This document shows, in pieces, positions 33,071 through 45,800 of a stretch of 64,000 nucleotides of DNA. The notes under the pieces were generated by a model. It saw only the letters and a list, made by a program, of their open reading frames with translations, made no database searches and was not told the DNA's origin. Each line of letters begins with the position of its first letter. Positions within the stretch are counted from its first letter, which is position 1. The DNA is from Nemertoderma westbladi. Its lineage: Eukaryota; Animalia; Xenacoelomorpha. The stretch spans positions 1-64,000 of the forward strand of contig JAUCBJ010002601.1 of assembly GCA_032718475.1 (NCBI GenBank). The letters run 5' to 3'. Position numbers and translations under genes: made by a program.

Positions 33071-34085
33071 GTTAGTAACTTTCATAATGCTTTGTAGTGT
33101 TTGGATTTGTAACCTTATCGTAACATACTGTATATATCTACGGTAGTGTTAGGTTATATTTACAAATAGATTTGTGGAGCAAGCCACAAAGTTGGCTGAG
33201 TCTTAACTGACAATGTTAGGGGGTGGGTCAATTTTGGTAATGAGTTGTTGTCGTAGTTTTTGTTACGATGTTGCTTTGCAAATAACTTTGTCGAATTTTA
33301 AGCTTTTGAAAAGTTGTAGGCATCAATAATACCAAAAACAGATTATTTAGTGACGTTTTCGACAGTCTCCCTCTAGAGGGCTACATGTCTAAACATTATA
33401 TCTCCTCCCGTTTTTTTGCTTATATTCAGTTCAAGAAAATTATTCTAGACTATAAGATGTGTCATTCAAAGGGGGCTAATCCTTATGCAGTTTCCTAGTA
33501 TGACACTAGATGGCCAAGTGTCTGAAAGTGAAATCTTATAAGAATTCCGTTATTTATGATCTTTTCAAGTTGAAACTCTTCAGATATGTGTTAGAAGACA
33601 TTCTGTGTCATTGTGGGGTCGCGAATCAGGATGTAGTGAAGAATACTGCCGCTAGAATATAATTGAACTTGATCTTAATACAGTAGACCTACTGCACTGT
33701 GTAATTAAGATAAATCTTAAAAATGGCATATTATTTGTACTACAGTATCACATGTTTCCCCTTTGTGGTGAAGGTAATCGCTCTGCTGTTGTCGACTCTG
33801 CCGCTAGAGGACAACAATTCTGAAGGTGAAATCCGACCACCATTTTCTTGATTTTAATCAGTTTAAGCTGAAACTTGGCATATGTACTACAGTAGAAAAC
33901 TGGTGCTTCTTTGTGGGGCGGTACTCCATCTACAACTCCTACTGTTTTCCGCTATAAATACGTATCTGCCTCTAGGTGGTAAAATGATTAGGGGACTAAA
34001 TATATGGCCTAGAATGTACATAAATTTAACCTATACATAAATTACTCGTTTTAATATCACCTCATGTCTCTCGAATATTTTTCAG

Positions 34086-34230
34086 GGAGTTTGTTGGATC
34101 GATTCTCGGAGGTATTTTTAACGATTTCTACGGATTCTCTAGAACCGCTTCAATCGTTGGTTTTCTACACTTAATTTCCGCAATACTCGTAGCAACTCTA
34201 ATATTATATAGAAGATGGAGAAGTTATTAG
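34086..34230 (+). CDS. SLC18B1: SLC18B1-like coding exon 4 (terminal)
   Basis: tttttcag|G then EFVGSILGGIFNDFYGFSRTASIVGFLHLISAILVATLILYRRWRSY*. The four exons sum to 1329 nt (442 aa plus stop). Confidence 0.82.
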
Positions 34231-36003
34231 TACTGATTGGAATATTAGAAAAGAGAAAGGTGTCAAATTATAGGAAAAATTGCAATTCCTTTGGAAACTG
34301 ATTGGGTTTGAAATTCAATATGTTATTTTTAAATAATAATTATTCAGTAAGTTATTCTTCAATGTCAGTAATCCAAGCATAATATGTATAATATTAAATC
34401 GTCATTATTTTTATATGCAGACTTATAGTAGACTAAAAGTCTGATAGCAGACTTTTAGTAATAAAGCCGTCGGGGCGAGAATACCGAAATTAAATGAAAT
34501 GAAAAAATAGGTACCCGATCAATCAATTAACACATCATTTTGGTCACAGCTCTGTGAGTAGCTTCAAGATCAAAGCGTATTGGGGCTATATAAGCTATTA
34601 TTATTATTATTTCTAAAATCCTATAGAAATTAATAATGATATTAGATCGCAAACAGTCTGGGATGCAGCGGGTAAACTTTTTTAATGAAATTGATCGCCT
34701 ATAATAGGCCTATAATTTCACCTTAAAGCAGTTTTGCAGAAACAAAAAACTAGTCGAACCAGTAGAAATTAGAACAACTGACCAACCCGTGGTAGAACCA
34801 GTAGAGACTAGAAGAACTAATCAACCGTGGTAGAACCAGTAGACATATGTTGCGTTGTCGAAATGGACGGCAATGTATCCTAGTAGGGTGGACGATGTAT
34901 CCTAGTGGTGTGTACTATGTATCCTAGTGGTGTGGACGATGTATCCTAGTAGGGTGGACGATGTATCCTAGTGGTGTGGACGATGTATCCTAGTGGTGTG
35001 GGTTGAAGATGTATCCTAGTAGGGTGGACGATTTATCCTAGTGGTATGGCGATGCATCCTAGTGGTGTGGACGATGTATACTAGTGGTGTGGACGATGTA
35101 TCCTAGTGGTGTGGACTATGTATCCTAGTGGTGTGGGAGGACGATGTATCCTAGTAGGGTGGACGATGTATCCTAGTGGTGTGGCGATGCATCCTAGTGG
35201 TGTGGACGATGTATCCTAGTGGTGTGGACGATGTATCCTAGTGGTGTGGCGATGCATCCTAGTGGTGTGGACCATGTATCCTAGTGAGGTAGACGATGTA
35301 TCCTAGTGGTGCGGCGTGTACGATGTATCCTTGTGGTGTGTGTGGACGATGTATCCTAGTGGTGTGGACGATGCGTCCTAGTGGTGTGTACGATTTATCC
35401 ATTTGGTGGGGACGATGTATCCTTGTGGTGTGTGTGGACGATGTATACTAGTGGTGTGTACGATGTATCCTTGTGGTGTGTGTGGACGATGTATCCTAGT
35501 GGTGTGTACGATGTATCCTAGTGGTATGTACGAGGTATCCTAGTGGTGTTGGTGGACGATGTATCCTAGTGGGTGAACATTATATCCTAGGGGTGTGTAC
35601 GATGTATCCCTGTGGTGTGTGTGGACGATGTATCCTTGTGGTGTGTGTGGACGATGTATCCTGGTGGTGTGGACGATGCATCCTAGTGGTGTGTACGATG
35701 TATCCTTGTGGTGTGTGTGGACGATGTATCCTATTGGTGTGTACGATGTATCCATGTGGTGTGTGTGCACGATGTATCCTGGGGGTGTGTACGATGTATC
35801 CTAGTGGTGTGTGTGTACGATGTATCCTAGGGATGTGTACGATGCATCCTGGGGGTGTGTACGATGTATCCTAGTGGTGTGTGTGGACAATGTATCCTTG
35901 TGGTGTCTGTGGACAATGTATCCTAGTGGTGTGGACGATGCATCCTAGTGGTGTGTGTGTACGATGTATCCTAGTGGTGTGTGTGGACGATGTATCCTAG
36001 TGG

Positions 36004-36824
36004 CTTAGGACTTATGACTTAGGAGTACTCTCAGAATCATTAGAGGGAGCCCAACGGCTCCTCAGCTCATTAGAACATGCTGCTTCTAGTGTTGGTCTTT
36101 TTATTAACTCCAGAAAGACCAAAATTTTGACAGTTAACTTTGAAAGTCCTCAGCAAGTCTCTGATTGGATGAGCATAAGCTCAAAGGATGGTATGCTTGA
36201 GCATTTGGGCGACTTCTGTTACCTGGGATCATGGATCCGGAAGTCAGATGAGGACCTTCGAATACGTAAAGGAAAGGCATGGGCAGCATTGAATAGGCTT
36301 TCCAGGATTTGGAAGTCACCGAGAATTAATCGGAAACTTAAGGTCCGATTATTTAGAGCAGCAGTAGTTCCAGTACTCCTCTCCGGGAGTCCATGCTGGG
36401 CTCTAACTGATGAGGACACCAAATCTCTGGATGGCACATTCACAAGAATGCTACGCCGGGTTCATTGTGTCAAGTACAATGCACACATCTTCAACCAGAC
36501 AGTATATAACATTGGAGGTGTCTCATTGGTTCCCCCAAGCTTGACACTAGAACAAAATCGCCTCCGCTTTGCAGGACATTGCTTCCGCCGTGAGGACCAG
36601 CCAGTGCATAATCTTGTACTTTGGCAGCCTCATGGAGTGAATAAGTATGGTGGACAGCCCATGAATTTCTTGAGACGCATCTTAAAGGACACTGGCCTTG
36701 AAGATGCGGATGATCTAGCAAATGTCATGGGTGATAGGGAGTTGTGGCGGTGCAATTTTGTTGACAAGCCGGCACAGCATTCTTAAAAATGCAGCTGCAA
36801 TGCAGCATGCCGATCCTAGTAGTA
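36004..36824 (+). mobile_element. 5'-truncated RTE-clade LINE inserted in the satellite
   Basis: DLGVLSESLEGAQRLL..VGLFINSRKTK, FCYLGS, KVRLFRAAVVPVLL, RLRFAGHCFR; stop at 36786; short 3' UTR and (TAG)n tail; apparent 12-bp TSD gtatcctagtgg (35992-36003 and 36825-36836). Confidence 0.9.
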
Positions 36825-39800
36825 GTATCCTAGTGGTGTGTGTGGACGACGTATCCTTGTGGTGTGGACGATGTATCCTAGTGGTGTGTACGATGTATCC
36901 TAGTGGTGTGGCGATGTATCCTAGTGGTTTGTACGATGTATCCTAGTGGTGTGGACGATGCATCCTAGTGGTGTGTACGATGTATCCTAGTGGTGTGGCG
37001 ATGTATCCTAGTGGTGTGTACGATGTATCCTAGTGGTGTGTGTGTACGATGCATCCTAGTGGTGTGGACGATGCATCCTAGTGGTGTGTACGATGTATCC
37101 TAGTGGTGTGGCGATGTATCCTAGTGGTGTGTACGATGTATCCTAGTGGTGTGTGTGTACGATGTATCCTAGGGGTGTGTACGATGCATCCTAGTGGTGT
37201 GTACGATGTATCCTAGTGGTGTGAGTGGACGATGTATCCTTGTGGTGTGTGTGGACAATGTATCCTAGTGGTGTGTGTGTACGATGTATCCTAGTGGTGT
37301 GTGTGTACGATGTATCCTAGGGGTGTGTACGATGCATCCTAGTGGTGTGTGTGGACGATGTATCCTAGTGGTGTGGGTGGACGATGTATCCTAGTGGTGT
37401 GGGTGGACGATGTATCCTAGTGGTGTGTGTGGACGATGTATCCTAGTGGTGTGGGTGGACGATGTATCCTAGTGGTGTGTGTGGACGATGTATCCTAGTG
37501 GTGTGGGTGGACGATGTATCCTAGTGGTGTGGGTGGACGATGTATCCTAGTGGTGTGTGTGGACGATGTATCCTAGTGGTGTGGGTGGACGATGTATCCT
37601 AGTGGTGTGGGTGGACGATGTATCCTAGTGGTGTGGACGATGTATCCTAGTGGTGTGGGTGGACGATGTATCCTAGTGGTGTGGACGATGTCTCCTAGTG
37701 GTGTGTGTGGACAATGTATCCTAGTGGTGTGTGTGGACGATGTATCCTAGTGGTGTGGGTGGACGATGTATCCTAGTGGTGTGGACGATGTCTCCTAGTG
37801 GTGTGTGTGGACAATGTATCCTAGTGGTGTGTGTGGACGATGTATCCTAGTGGTGTGGGTGGACGATGTATCCTAGTGGTGTGGACGATGTCTCCTAGTG
37901 GTGTGTGTGGACAATGTATCCTAGTGGTGTGGGTGGACGATGTATCCTAGTGGTGTGGACGATGTATCCTAGTGGTGTGTACGATGTATCCTTGTGGTGT
38001 GTGTGTACGATGTATCCTTGTAATGTGTGTGGACGATGTATCCTAGTGGTGTGTACGATGTATCCTAGTGGTGTGTACGATGTATCCTAGTGGTGTGTGT
38101 GGACGATGTATCCTTGTGGTGTGGACGATGTATCCTAGTGGTGTGTGTGTACGATGTATCCTAGTGGTGTGTACGATGTATCCTAGTGGTGTGTGTGGAC
38201 GATGTATCCTTGTGGTGTGTGTGGACAATGTATCCTAGTGGTGTGGACGATGGATCCTTGTGGTCTGTGTGGACGATTTATCCAAGGGTGTGTACGATGT
38301 ATCCTAGTGGTGTGTGTGTACGGTGTATCCTAGGGGTGTGTACGATGCATCCTAGTGGTGTGTACGATGTATCCGAGGGGTGTGTGTGGACGATGTATCT
38401 TTGTGGTGTGTGTGGACGATGTATCCTAGTGGTGTGTGTGGATAATGTATCCTAGTGGTGTGTGTGGACAATGTATCCTAGTGGTGTGTACGATGTATCC
38501 TAGTGGTGTGGACGATGTATCCTAATGGTGTGGACAATGTATCCTAGTGGTGTAGACGATGTATCCTATTGGTGTGGACGATGTATCCTAGTGGTGTGGA
38601 CGATGTATCCTAGTGGTGTGTGTGGACGATGTATCCTAGTTGTGTGTGTGGACGATGTATCCTTGTGGTGTGTGCGATGTATCCTAGTGGTGTGTACGAT
38701 GTATCCTAGTTGTGTGTACGATGTATCCTAGTGGTGTGTGTGGACGATGTATCCTAGTGGTGTGTACGATGGATCCTTGTGGTGTGTACGATGTATCCGG
38801 GGGGTGTGTGTGGACGATGTATCCTTGTGGTGTGGCGTGGACGATGTATCCTTGTGGTGTGTGTGGACAATGTATCCTAGTGGTGTGTACGATGTATCCT
38901 TGTGGTGTGTGTGGACGATGTATCCTAGTGGTGTGTACGATGTATCCTTGTGGTGTGTGTGGACAATGTATCCTAGTGGTGTGTACGATGTATCCTTGTG
39001 GTGTGTGTGGACGATGTATCCTAGTGGTGTGTACGATGTATCCTTGTGGAGTGTGTGGACGATGTATCCTAGTGGTGTGTACGATGTATCCTTGTGGTGT
39101 GTACGATGTATCCTAGTGGTGTGTGTGTACGATGTATCCTAGTGGCGTGGACGATGTATCCTAGTGGTGTGTACGATGTATCCTAGTGGTGTGTATGGAC
39201 GATGTATCCTAGGGGTGTGTACGATATATCCTAGGGGTGTGTACGATGCATCCTAGTGGTGTGTGTAGACGATATATCCTAGTGGTGCGGCGTGGACGAT
39301 GTATCCTTGTGGTGTTGGTGGACGATGTATCCTAGTGGTGTGTACGATGTATCCTTGTGGTGTGTGTGGACAATGTATCCTAGTGGTGTGTACGATGTAT
39401 CCTTGTGGTGTGTGTGGACGATGTATCCTAGGGGTGTGTACGATGTATCCTTGTGGTGTATGTGGACGATGTATCTTAGGGGTGTGTACGATGTATCTTA
39501 GTGGTGTGGCGATGTATCCTAGTGGTGTGTACGATGTATCCGAGGGGTGTGTACGATGCATCCTCGGGGTGTGTACGATGTATCCTAGTGGTGTGTGTGG
39601 ACGATGTATCCTTGTGGTGTACAATGTATCCTAGTGGTGTGTACGATGTATCCTTGTGGTGTATGTGGACGATGTATCTTAGGGGTGTGTACGATGTATC
39701 CTAGTGGTGTGTGTGTACGATGTATCCGAGGGGTGTGTACGATGCATCCTAGTGGTGTGTACGATGTATCCTAGTGGTGTGTACGATGTATCCTAGTGGT

Positions 39801-42800
39801 GTGTGTGGACGATGCATCCTAGTGGTGTGTACGATGTATCCTTGAGGTGTGTGTGGACAATGTATCCTAGTGGTGTGTACGATGTATCCTTGTGGTGTGT
39901 GTGGATGATGTATCCTTGTGGTGTGTGTGGATGATGTATCCTAGTGGTTTGGACGATGTATCCTTGTGGTGTGTGTGGACAATGTATCCTAGTGGTGTGT
40001 ACGATGTATCCTAGTGGTGTGTGTGGACGATGTATCCTTGTGGTGTACAATGTATCCTAGTGGTGTGGACGATGTATCCTAGTGGTGTGTACGATGTATC
40101 CTTGTGGTGTGTGTGGATGATGTATCCTTGTGGTGTGTGTGGATGATGTATCCTAGTGGTGTGTACGATGTATCCTAGTGGTGTGTACGATGTATCCTAG
40201 TGGTGTGTGTGTACGATGTATCCTTGTGGTGTGTGTGGACAATGTATCCTAGTGGTGTGTACGATGTATCCTAGTGGTGTGTGTGTACGATGTATCCTTG
40301 TGGTGTGTGTGGATGATGTATCCTTGTGGTGTGTACGATGTATCCTAGTGGCGTGGACGATGTATCCTAGTGGTGTGGGTGTACGATGTATCCTTGTGGT
40401 GTGTACGATGTATCCTAGTGGCGTGGACGATGTATCCTAGTGGTGTGGGTGGACAATGTATCCTAGTGGTGTGTACGATGTATCCTAGTGGTGTGTGTGT
40501 ACGATGTATCCTAGTGGTGTGTACGATGTATCCTTGTGGTGTGTGTGGACAATGTATCCTAGTGGTGTGTACGATGTATCCTAGTGGTGTGTACGATGTA
40601 TCCTTGTGGTGCGTGTGTACGATGTATCCTTGTAATGTGTGTGGACGATGTATCCTAGTGGTGTGTACAATGTATCCTAGTGGTGTGTACGATGTATCCT
40701 TGTGGTGTGTGTGGATGATGTATCCTAGTGGTGTGGCGATGGATCCTTGTGGTGTGTATGGATGATGTATCCTTGTGGTGTGTGTGGATGATGTATCCTA
40801 GTGGTTTGGACGATGTATCCTTGTGGTGTGTGTGGACGATGTATCCTTGTAATGTGTGTGGACGATGTATCCTAGTGGTGTGTACAATGTATCCTAGTGG
40901 TGTGTACGATGTATCCTTGTGGTGAGTGTGGATGATGTATCCTAGTGGTGTGGCGATGGATCCTTGTGGTGTGTATGGATGATGTATCCTTGTGGTGTGT
41001 GTGGATGATGTATCCTAGTGGTTTGGACGATGTATCCTTGTGGTGTGTGTGGATGATGTATCCTAGTGGTTTGGACGATGTATCCTTGTGGTGTGTGTGG
41101 ACGATGTATCCTAGTGGAGTGTACGATGTATCCTAGTGGTGTGTACGATGTATCCTAGTGGTGTGTACGATGCATCCTAGTGGTGTGTACGATGTATCCT
41201 AGTGGTGTGTACGATGTATCCTAGTGGTGTGTGTGGACGATGCATCCTAGTGGTGTGTACGATGTATCCTTGAGGTGTGTGTGGACAATGTATCCTAGTG
41301 GTGTGTACGATGTATCCTTGTGGTGTGTGTGGATGATGTATCCTTGTGGTGTGTGTGGATGATGTATCCTAGTGGTTTGGACGATGTATCCTTGTGGTGT
41401 GTGTGGACGATGTATCCTAGTGGTGTGTACGATGTATCCTTGTGGTGTGTGTGGACGATGTATCCTAGTGGTGTGGACGATGTATCCTTGTGGTGTGTGT
41501 GGATGATGTATCCTTGTGGTGTATGTGGATGATGTATCTTAGTGGTTTGGACGATGTATCCTTGTGGTGTGTGTGGACGATGTATCGTTGTGGTGTGTGT
41601 GGATGATGTATCCTAGTGGTGTGTACGATGTATCCTTGTGGTGTGTGTGGATGATGTATCCTTGTGGTGTGTGTGGATGATGTATCCTAGTGGTTTGGAC
41701 GATGTATCCTTGTGGTGTGTGTGGACGATGTATCCTAGTGGTGTGTACGATGTATCCTTGTGGTGTGTGTGGACGATGTATCCTAGTGGTGTGGACGAGG
41801 TATCCTTGTGGTGTGTGTGTACGATGTATCCTTGTGGTGTGTGTGGACAATGTATCCTAGTGGTGTGTACGATGGATCCTTGTGGTGTGTGTGGACGATG
41901 TATCCTAGTGGTGTGTACGATGTATCCTTGTGGTGTGTGTGGATGATGTATCCTTGTGGTGTGTGTGGATGATGTATCCTAGTGGTTTGGACGATGTATC
42001 CTTGTGATGTGTGTGGACGATGTATCCTTGTGGTGTGTGTGGATGATGTATCCTAGTGGTGTGTACGATGGATCCTTGTGGTGTGTATGGATGATGTATC
42101 CTTGTGGTGTGTGTGGATGATGTATCCTAGTGGTGTGTACGATGTATCCTTGTGGTGTGTGTGTACGATGTATCCTTGTGGTGTGTACGATGTATCCTTG
42201 TGGTGTGTACGATGTATCCTAGTGGTTTGGACGATGTATCCTTGTGGTGTGTGTGGACAATGTATCCTAGTGGTGTGTACGATGTATCCTTGTGGTGTGT
42301 GTGGACAATGTATCCTAGTGGTGTGTACGATGTATCCTAGTGGTGTGTACGATGTATCCTTGTGGTGTGTGTGTACGATGTATCCTTGTAATGTGTGTGG
42401 ACGATGTATCCTAGTGGTGTATACAATGTATCCTAGTGGTGTGTACGATGTATCCTTGTGGTGTGTGTGGATGATGTATCCTAGTGGTGTGGCGATGGAC
42501 CCTTGTGGTGTGTATGGATGATGTATCCTTGTGGTGTGTGTGGATGATGTATCCTAGTGGTGTGTACGATGTATCCTTGTGGTGTGTGTGGATGATGTAT
42601 CCTTGTGGTGTGTGTGTATGATGTATCCTAGTGGTTTGGACGATGTATCCTTGTGGTGTGTGTGGACAATGTATCCTAGTGGTGTGTACGATGTATCCTT
42701 GTGGTGTGTACGATGTATCCTTGTGGTGTGTACGATGTATCCTTGTGGTGTGTGTGGATGATGTATCCTTGTGGTGTGTGTGGATGATGTATCCTAGTGG

Positions 42801-45800
42801 TTTGGACGATGTATCCTTGTGGTGTGTGTGGACGATGTATCCTAGTGGTGTGTACGATGTATCCTTGTGGTGTGTGTGGACGATGTATCCTAGTGGTGTG
42901 GACGATGTATCCTTGTGGTGTGTGTGGATGATGTATCCTTGTGGTGTGTGTGGATGATGTATCCTAGTGGTTTGGACGATGTATCCTTGTGGTGTGTGTG
43001 GACGATGTATCCTTGTGGTGTGTGTGGATGATGTATCCTAGTGGTGTGTACGATGTATCCTTGTGGTGTGTGTGGATGATGTATCCTTGTGGTGTGTGTG
43101 GATGATGTATCCTAGTGGTTTGGACGATGTATCCTTGTGGTGTGTGTGGACGATGTATCCTAGTGGTGTGTACGATGTATCCTTGTGGTGTGTGTGGACG
43201 ATGTATCCTAGTGGTGTGGACGATGTATCCTTGTGGTGTGTGTGTACGATGTATCCTTGTGGTGTGTGTGGACAATGTATCCTAGTGGTGTGTACGATGG
43301 ATCCTTGTGGTGTGTGTGGACGATGTATCCTAGTGGTGTGGACGATGTATCCTAGTGGTGTGTGTGGATGATGTATCCTTGTGGTGTGTGTGGATGATGT
43401 ATCCTTGTGGTGTGTGTGGATGATGTATCCTAGTGGTTTGGACGATGTATCCTTGTGGTGTGTGTGGACGATGTATCCTTGTGGTGTGTGTGGATGATGT
43501 ATCCTAGTGGTGTGTACGATGGATCCTTGTGGTGTGTATGGATGATGTATCCTTGTGGTGTGTGTGGATGATGTATCCTAGTGGTGTGTACGATGTATCC
43601 TTGTGGTGTGTGTGGATGATGTATCCTTGTAGTGTGTGTGGATGATGTATCCTAGTGGTTTGGACGATGTATCCTTGTGGTGTGTGTGGACAATGTATCC
43701 TAGTGGTGTGTACGATGTATCCTAGTGGTGTGTGTGGATGATGTATCCTAGTGGTGTGGACGATGTATCCTAGTGGTGTGTGTGGATGATGTATCCTTGT
43801 GGTGTGTGTGGATGATGTATCCTTGTGGTGTGTGTGGATGATGTATCCTAGTGGTTTGGACGATGTATCCTTGTGGTGTGTGTGGACGATGTATCCTTGT
43901 GGTGTGTGTGGATGATGTATCCTAGTGGTGTGTACGATGGATCCTTGTGGTGTGTATGGATGATGTATCCTTGTGGTGTGTGTGGATGATGTATCCTAGT
44001 GGTGTGTACGATGTATCCTTGTGGTGTGTGTGGATGATGTATCCTTGTAGTGTGTGTGGATGATGTATCCTAGTGGTTTGGACGATGTATCCTTGTGGTG
44101 TGTGTGGACGATGTATCCTTGTGGTGTGTGTGGACGATGATTCCTAGTCGTGTGGACGATGTATCCTTGTGGTGTGTACGATGTATCCTTGTGGTGTGTG
44201 TGGATGATGTATCCTTGTGGTGTGTGTGGATGATGTATCCTAGTGGTTTGGACGATGTATCCTTGTGGTGTGTGTGGATGATGTATCCTTGTGGTGTGTG
44301 TGGACGATGATTCCTAGTCGTGTGGACGATGTATCCTTGTGGTGTGTACGATGTATCCTTGTGGTGTGTGTGGATGATGTATCCTTGTGGTGTGTGTGGA
44401 TGATGTATCCTAGTGGTTTGGACGATGTATCCTTGTGGTGTGTGTGGATGATGTATCCTAGTGGTGTGTACGATGGATCCTTGTGGTGTGTATGGATGAT
44501 GTATCCTTGTGGTGTGTGTGGATGATGTATCCTAGTGGTTTGGACGATGTATCCTTGTGGTGTGTGTGGACGATGTATCCTAGTGGTGTGTACGATGTAT
44601 CCTTGTGGTGTGTGTGGACGATGTATCCTAGTGGTGTGGACGATGTATCCTTGTGGTGTGTGTGGACGATGTATCCTTGTGGTGTGTACGATGGATCCTT
44701 GTGGTGTGTACGATGTATCCTTGTGGTGTGTGTGGATGATGTATCCTTGTAGTGTGTGTGGATGATGTATCCTAGTGGTTTGGACGATGTATCCTTGTGG
44801 TGTGTGTGGACAATGTATCCTAGTGGTGTGTACGATGTATCCTAGTGGTGTGTGTGGATGATGTATCCTAGTGGTGTGGACGATGTATCCTAGTGGTGTG
44901 TGTGGATGATGTATCCTTGTGGTGTGTGTGGATGATGTATCCTTGTGGTGTGTGTGGATGATGTATCCTAGTGGTTTGGACGATGTATCCTTGTGGTGTG
45001 TGTGGACGATGTATCCTTGTGGTGTGTGTGGATGATGTATCCTAGTGGTGTGTACGATGGATCCTTGTGGTGTGTATGGATGATGTATCCTTGTGGTGTG
45101 TGTGGATGATGTATCCTAGTGGTGTGTACGATGTATCCTTGTGGTGTGTGTGGATGATGTATCCTTGTAGTGTGTGTGGATGATGTATCCTAGTGGTTTG
45201 GACGATGTATCCTTGTGGTGTGTGTGGACGATGTATCCTTGTGGTGTGTGTGGACGATGATTCCTAGTCGTGTGGACGATGTATCCTTGTGGTGTGTACG
45301 ATGTATCCTTGTGGTGTGTGTGGATGATGTATCCTTGTGGTGTGTGTGGATGATGTATCCTAGTGGTTTGGACGATGTATCCTTGTGGTGTGTGTGGATG
45401 ATGTATCCTTGTGGTGTGTGTGGACGATGATTCCTAGTCGTGTGGACGATGTATCCTTGTGGTGTGTACGATGTATCCTTGTGGTGTGTGTGGATGATGT
45501 ATCCTTGTGGTGTGTGTGGATGATGTATCCTAGTGGTTTGGACGATGTATCCTTGTGGTGTGTGTGGATGATGTATCCTAGTGGTGTGTACGATGGATCC
45601 TTGTGGTGTGTATGGATGATGTATCCTTGTGGTGTGTGTGGATGATGTATCCTAGTGGTTTGGACGATGTATCCTTGTGGTGTGTGTGGACGATGTATCC
45701 TAGTGGTGTGTACGATGTATCCTTGTGGTGTGTGTGGACGATGTATCCTAGTGGTGTGGACGATGTATCCTTGTGGTGTGTGTGGACGATGTATCCTTGT

